This document shows, piece after piece, positions 62,064 through 64,000 of a DNA stretch of 64,000 nucleotides. The stretch covers positions 119,965 to 183,964 of the forward strand of contig CAWGKC010000003.1 of NCBI GenBank assembly GCA_963823105.1, in the 5' to 3' direction. The translations under genes and the position numbers were made by a program. The first letter of the stretch is position 1. Each line of letters starts with the position of its first letter. The DNA is from an uncultured Acidobacteriota bacterium. GTDB taxonomy: Bacteria > Acidobacteriota > Terriglobia > Bryobacterales > Bryobacteraceae. The notes beneath the pieces were generated by a model. It made no database searches and had not been told where the DNA came from. It was given only the letters and a program-made list of their open reading frames with translations.

Positions 62064-62285
62064 CGACCCGGCAAGCTAACCTTCCCGAAAGGGGGGTTCT
62101 GCGAGGACCGCCATCAGGTGCGGTCGACGATCTTGGCTTCGCAACCTCCAGTCCCGCGATGGCACGAACAGATCGGCGATCCCACACTCGCCGATGGCAT
62201 TCTCGACCGCCTCGTCCATAACGCGCCTCGCATCGAGATGCGAGGTGATTCGATGCGAAAGAATCGCGGAAAGGCGAGTTCGTAG
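62064..62285 (+). mobile_element. C-terminal fragment of an IS21-family IstB helper ATPase
   Basis: My own translation gives ...FCEDRHQVRSTILASQPPVPRWHEQIGDPTLADGILDRLVHNAPRIEMRGDSMRKNRGKASS*, the canonical IstB C-terminus (StiitSQ.P...W.e.igD.tlAdAilDRlvHna..i...G.SmR). Walker motifs and istA are absent. Confidence 0.7.
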
Positions 62286-62328
62286 CCGTCGCCTGCACTC
62301 TCGCTGGTTGATTTACCATGGAGTGCGT

Positions 62329-63531
62329 ATGATCGGTGTCGGATATTACGCCGGCAAGGGCCGAACGCTTTTCTGTTTCGCGGCTAGCGTTCTTCTTTTA
62401 GTGCCCGTGGTACGGGCCTGCGAATGGAGCTACACCATTTGGAGCATCCGAAGTAAACCAGCCGATCCACTGTTCCGTTTTGTGCGGAATGGCAAAGCAG
62501 GATATATCGATGCCTCCGGTAAAGTGATTATCGCAGCGAGTCTCCCGGCAAATGACAACTCTTTCGGTGAATTTCACCAAGGTCTGCTGGCCGTCAAGGA
62601 TGACCATGGGTATCGCTATATGGATCGTTTCGGCAAGGTTATCTTCCGCTCCGACGCGTGGCTCGCCTTCGACTTTTCTGAGGGATTTGCTCCTGCGTCC
62701 CGATATGCCGGTTTTCCAAATGATAAGTTCCCAAAGTGGGGCTTCATCGATCGCGCGGGACAGTTCGCCATCGCACCGCAGTATCAATGGGTAGATCCGT
62801 TCTCGGAAGGACTCGCACGAGTCTCTGTTTCTAGTGAGGTAGGGACTACAGGTTACATCGATAGTCACGGGCAATTCGTCATTCCGCCACGTCTGACCTA
62901 CGGAGCAAGCTTTCACGAGGATCGCGCTGCTGTGATCATCAGTGGACCCTGTCGGATCACTAACGGCGGCTCGTGCCAGCGTTTCGCATTCCAACCTACG
63001 GAACCAGGTGCAAGTTACGCTTGCCGGTACGCCTTCATCGACAAACGCGGCGAGCCCGTTTCCGATCTCCGCTTTGACGATGCAAAGGACTTCGCCGAAG
63101 GGCTGGCTCCGGTCCGAATTGGCAACCAGTGGGGGTTCGTGGACCGGTCCGGCCAAATCTCAATTCCTCCGAGGTTTCAGTCGGCCGAACCATTTTCGGA
63201 AGGCATGGCAGTGGTTGAGGAGGATGGGGAAATGGGATTTATTGATCACGCCGGAGACTATGTGATCCGTCCTCAGTTTGAATCCGCGGAAAGCTTCTCC
63301 GACGGACGTGCCGTCGTTTCGAAAAGTGATGGTCCGGGAGTCTGGAGTTCCAGATTCATCGACAAGACCGGCAATTCCGCATTTCCCGGAATATTCTCTG
63401 CCGCTGCGCCATTCACGTACGGACTTGCATCGGTCGAGCTGGACCGAAAAGGAACCTTCGCATGGATCAATAAGTCCGGCAGGCCCGTGTTTACATATGT
63501 CGTGCGCCAAAAACGCCGAACAGGGCATTGA
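62329..63531 (+). CDS. WG-repeat (KWG/WG_beta_rep) protein with N-terminal hydrophobic anchor or signal
   Basis: Start moved to ATG 62329 (MIGVGYYAGKGRTLFCFAASVLLLVPVVRA). At least 7 repeats of the G(Y/F)ID..G..vI.P.f....F.eGlA.V type (KAGYIDASGKVII, KWGFIDRAGQFAIAPQY, TTGYIDSHGQFVIPP, QWGFVDRSGQISIPPRF, EMGFIDHAGDYVIRPQF). Confidence 0.75.
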   Translation: MIGVGYYAGKGRTLFCFAASVLLLVPVVRACEWSYTIWSIRSKPADPLFRFVRNGKAGYIDASGKVIIAASLPANDNSFGEFHQGLLAVKDDHGYRYMDRFGKVIFRSDAWLAFDFSEGFAPASRYAGFPNDKFPKWGFIDRAGQFAIAPQYQWVDPFSEGLARVSVSSEVGTTGYIDSHGQFVIPPRLTYGASFHEDRAAVIISGPCRITNGGSCQRFAFQPTEPGASYACRYAFIDKRGEPVSDLRFDDAKDFAEGLAPVRIGNQWGFVDRSGQISIPPRFQSAEPFSEGMAVVEEDGEMGFIDHAGDYVIRPQFESAESFSDGRAVVSKSDGPGVWSSRFIDKTGNSAFPGIFSAAAPFTYGLASVELDRKGTFAWINKSGRPVFTYVVRQKRRTGH

Positions 63532-63600
63532 ACATCTCGCTTGGGTCGTATCAACGCGTTATCCGTAGAAGTGACGTACTCGTATTTCAGGATTCCGATT

Positions 63601-63621
63601 CGGAGCGCTCTCCGCGCTCCG
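63601..63621 (+). terminator. 8-bp GC-rich hairpin downstream of the WG-repeat gene (candidate terminator, no U-tract)
   Basis: CGGAGCGC tctcc GCGCTCCG, 70 nt after the stop at 63531. Confidence 0.3.
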
Positions 63622-64000
63622 GGTCACTGTGTGCTGAGCCGGGGCAAGGCCTGCCGCCTTTCTCCGCACCCCTTTGCCCGTTTGCGGCGTTTTTCCTCCG
63701 CTACGCTCCGGATTTGCTCTTGACGAATCCGATCGCTTCTTCCACGATCAGGGAACCGGCGCCGCTTCGCTCCGACGGCTGATCGGGATCAGCCCGGGAT
63801 AGTGACCGTGTTCCCGTCGGAATTGGCGCTCACCTTCGGCGGAATCCCCAGTGTTTGTATCTCCGGCGGAGATCATTGCCTTGAAAGCCGCCGTCGACCG
63901 TTTAAGGCTTTGCCACACGTCGAGCCCTTTCGGTGGAACGGAGAAAGCGTCTTTGGAATCCTCCGGCTTTATCTGGCGAGGGATTTCGGCTGCCGGGTTC

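Noticed and set aside
63528-64000. ORFs at the right edge (63528..63782 plus strand; an open minus-strand frame running from 63999 down to about 63755).
   Set aside because: No family motif. The plus-strand ORF is low-complexity. The region looks like further mobile-element debris (strings such as VPVGIGAHLRRNPQ) and is cut by the window end, which leaves too little to call.
1-64000. CRISPR arrays, rRNA genes, prophage or integrase genes, riboswitches upstream of queC/ribF/thrB.
   Set aside because: I found no regularly spaced direct repeats, no rRNA-like conserved strings, no integrase/recombinase or phage structural motifs in any frame of the ORF track, and no recognisable preQ1, FMN or other riboswitch cores in the relevant short intergenic regions. 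This was an eye search only and is not exhaustive.

Overview
High-GC bacterial chromosomal segment, probably from an acidobacterium of the Solibacter/Bryobacter type. This is an inference: two large secreted proteins end in the C-terminal domain family that is hugely expanded in Solibacter usitatus (TIGR03437-like), and YVTN, FG-GAP, HAF and WG repeat proteins are present. No rRNA, tRNA or CRISPR array was seen.

Gene content in order:
- 1-681: last gene of a type VI secretion cluster (tssK, cut by the window edge).
- 0.7-9.6 kb: housekeeping genes (Ldh_2 dehydrogenase, xseB-ispA-tlyA-nadK, DAACS symporter, LacD-type aldolase, TauE, ribF, MBL hydrolase, DUF1844).
- 9.7-14.4 kb: tightly coupled mazG-GNAT-MenC/NSAR-MFS-SDR chain.
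- 14.4-21.3 kb: assimilatory nitrate cluster narK-nasA-(small unknown ORF)-nirB-nirD.
- 21.4-23.4 kb: sugar-phosphotransferase and PRTase pair.
- 40.2 down to 23.4 kb: an uninterrupted ~17 kb minus-strand array. It runs histidine kinase, stand-alone CheB-type methylesterase, S9 peptidase, GT-C-like membrane protein, a Tad/Flp pilus machine (tadV, cpaB, cpaC, cpaE/tadZ, cpaF, tadB, tadC) with no flp pilin or pseudopilin gene, a 30-codon membrane mini-ORF, a 1024-aa beta-propeller protein and an OMP beta-barrel.
- 40.4-44.8 kb: lower-GC accessory island. It holds a DUF433 antitoxin with a truncated toxin, a YhcG/DUF1016 nuclease, a DNA-methyltransferase remnant, an orphan protein, an AbrB/RelE TA pair and a decayed tandem copy of that pair.
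- 45.1-48.9 kb: sugar-utilisation cluster.
- 48.9-57.3 kb: thrB, queC-queE plus an acyltransferase, a large FG-GAP protein and an aquaporin.
- 57.3-64 kb: second accessory region (truncated hydrolase, HAF-repeat protein, inactivated LytS/LytTR pair, IS5 and IS21 debris, WG-repeat protein).

The most striking property is the number of single-base frameshifts and in-frame stops inside recognisable genes, mostly between 48.9 and 61.1 kb. I cannot tell from one sequence whether they are assembly errors or genuine gene decay. No convincingly novel multi-gene system can be proven here. The best candidates for follow-up are the pilin-less Tad locus with its downstream mini-ORF/propeller/OMP module, the small ORF embedded in the nas operon, and the orphan genes of the 40-45 kb island.
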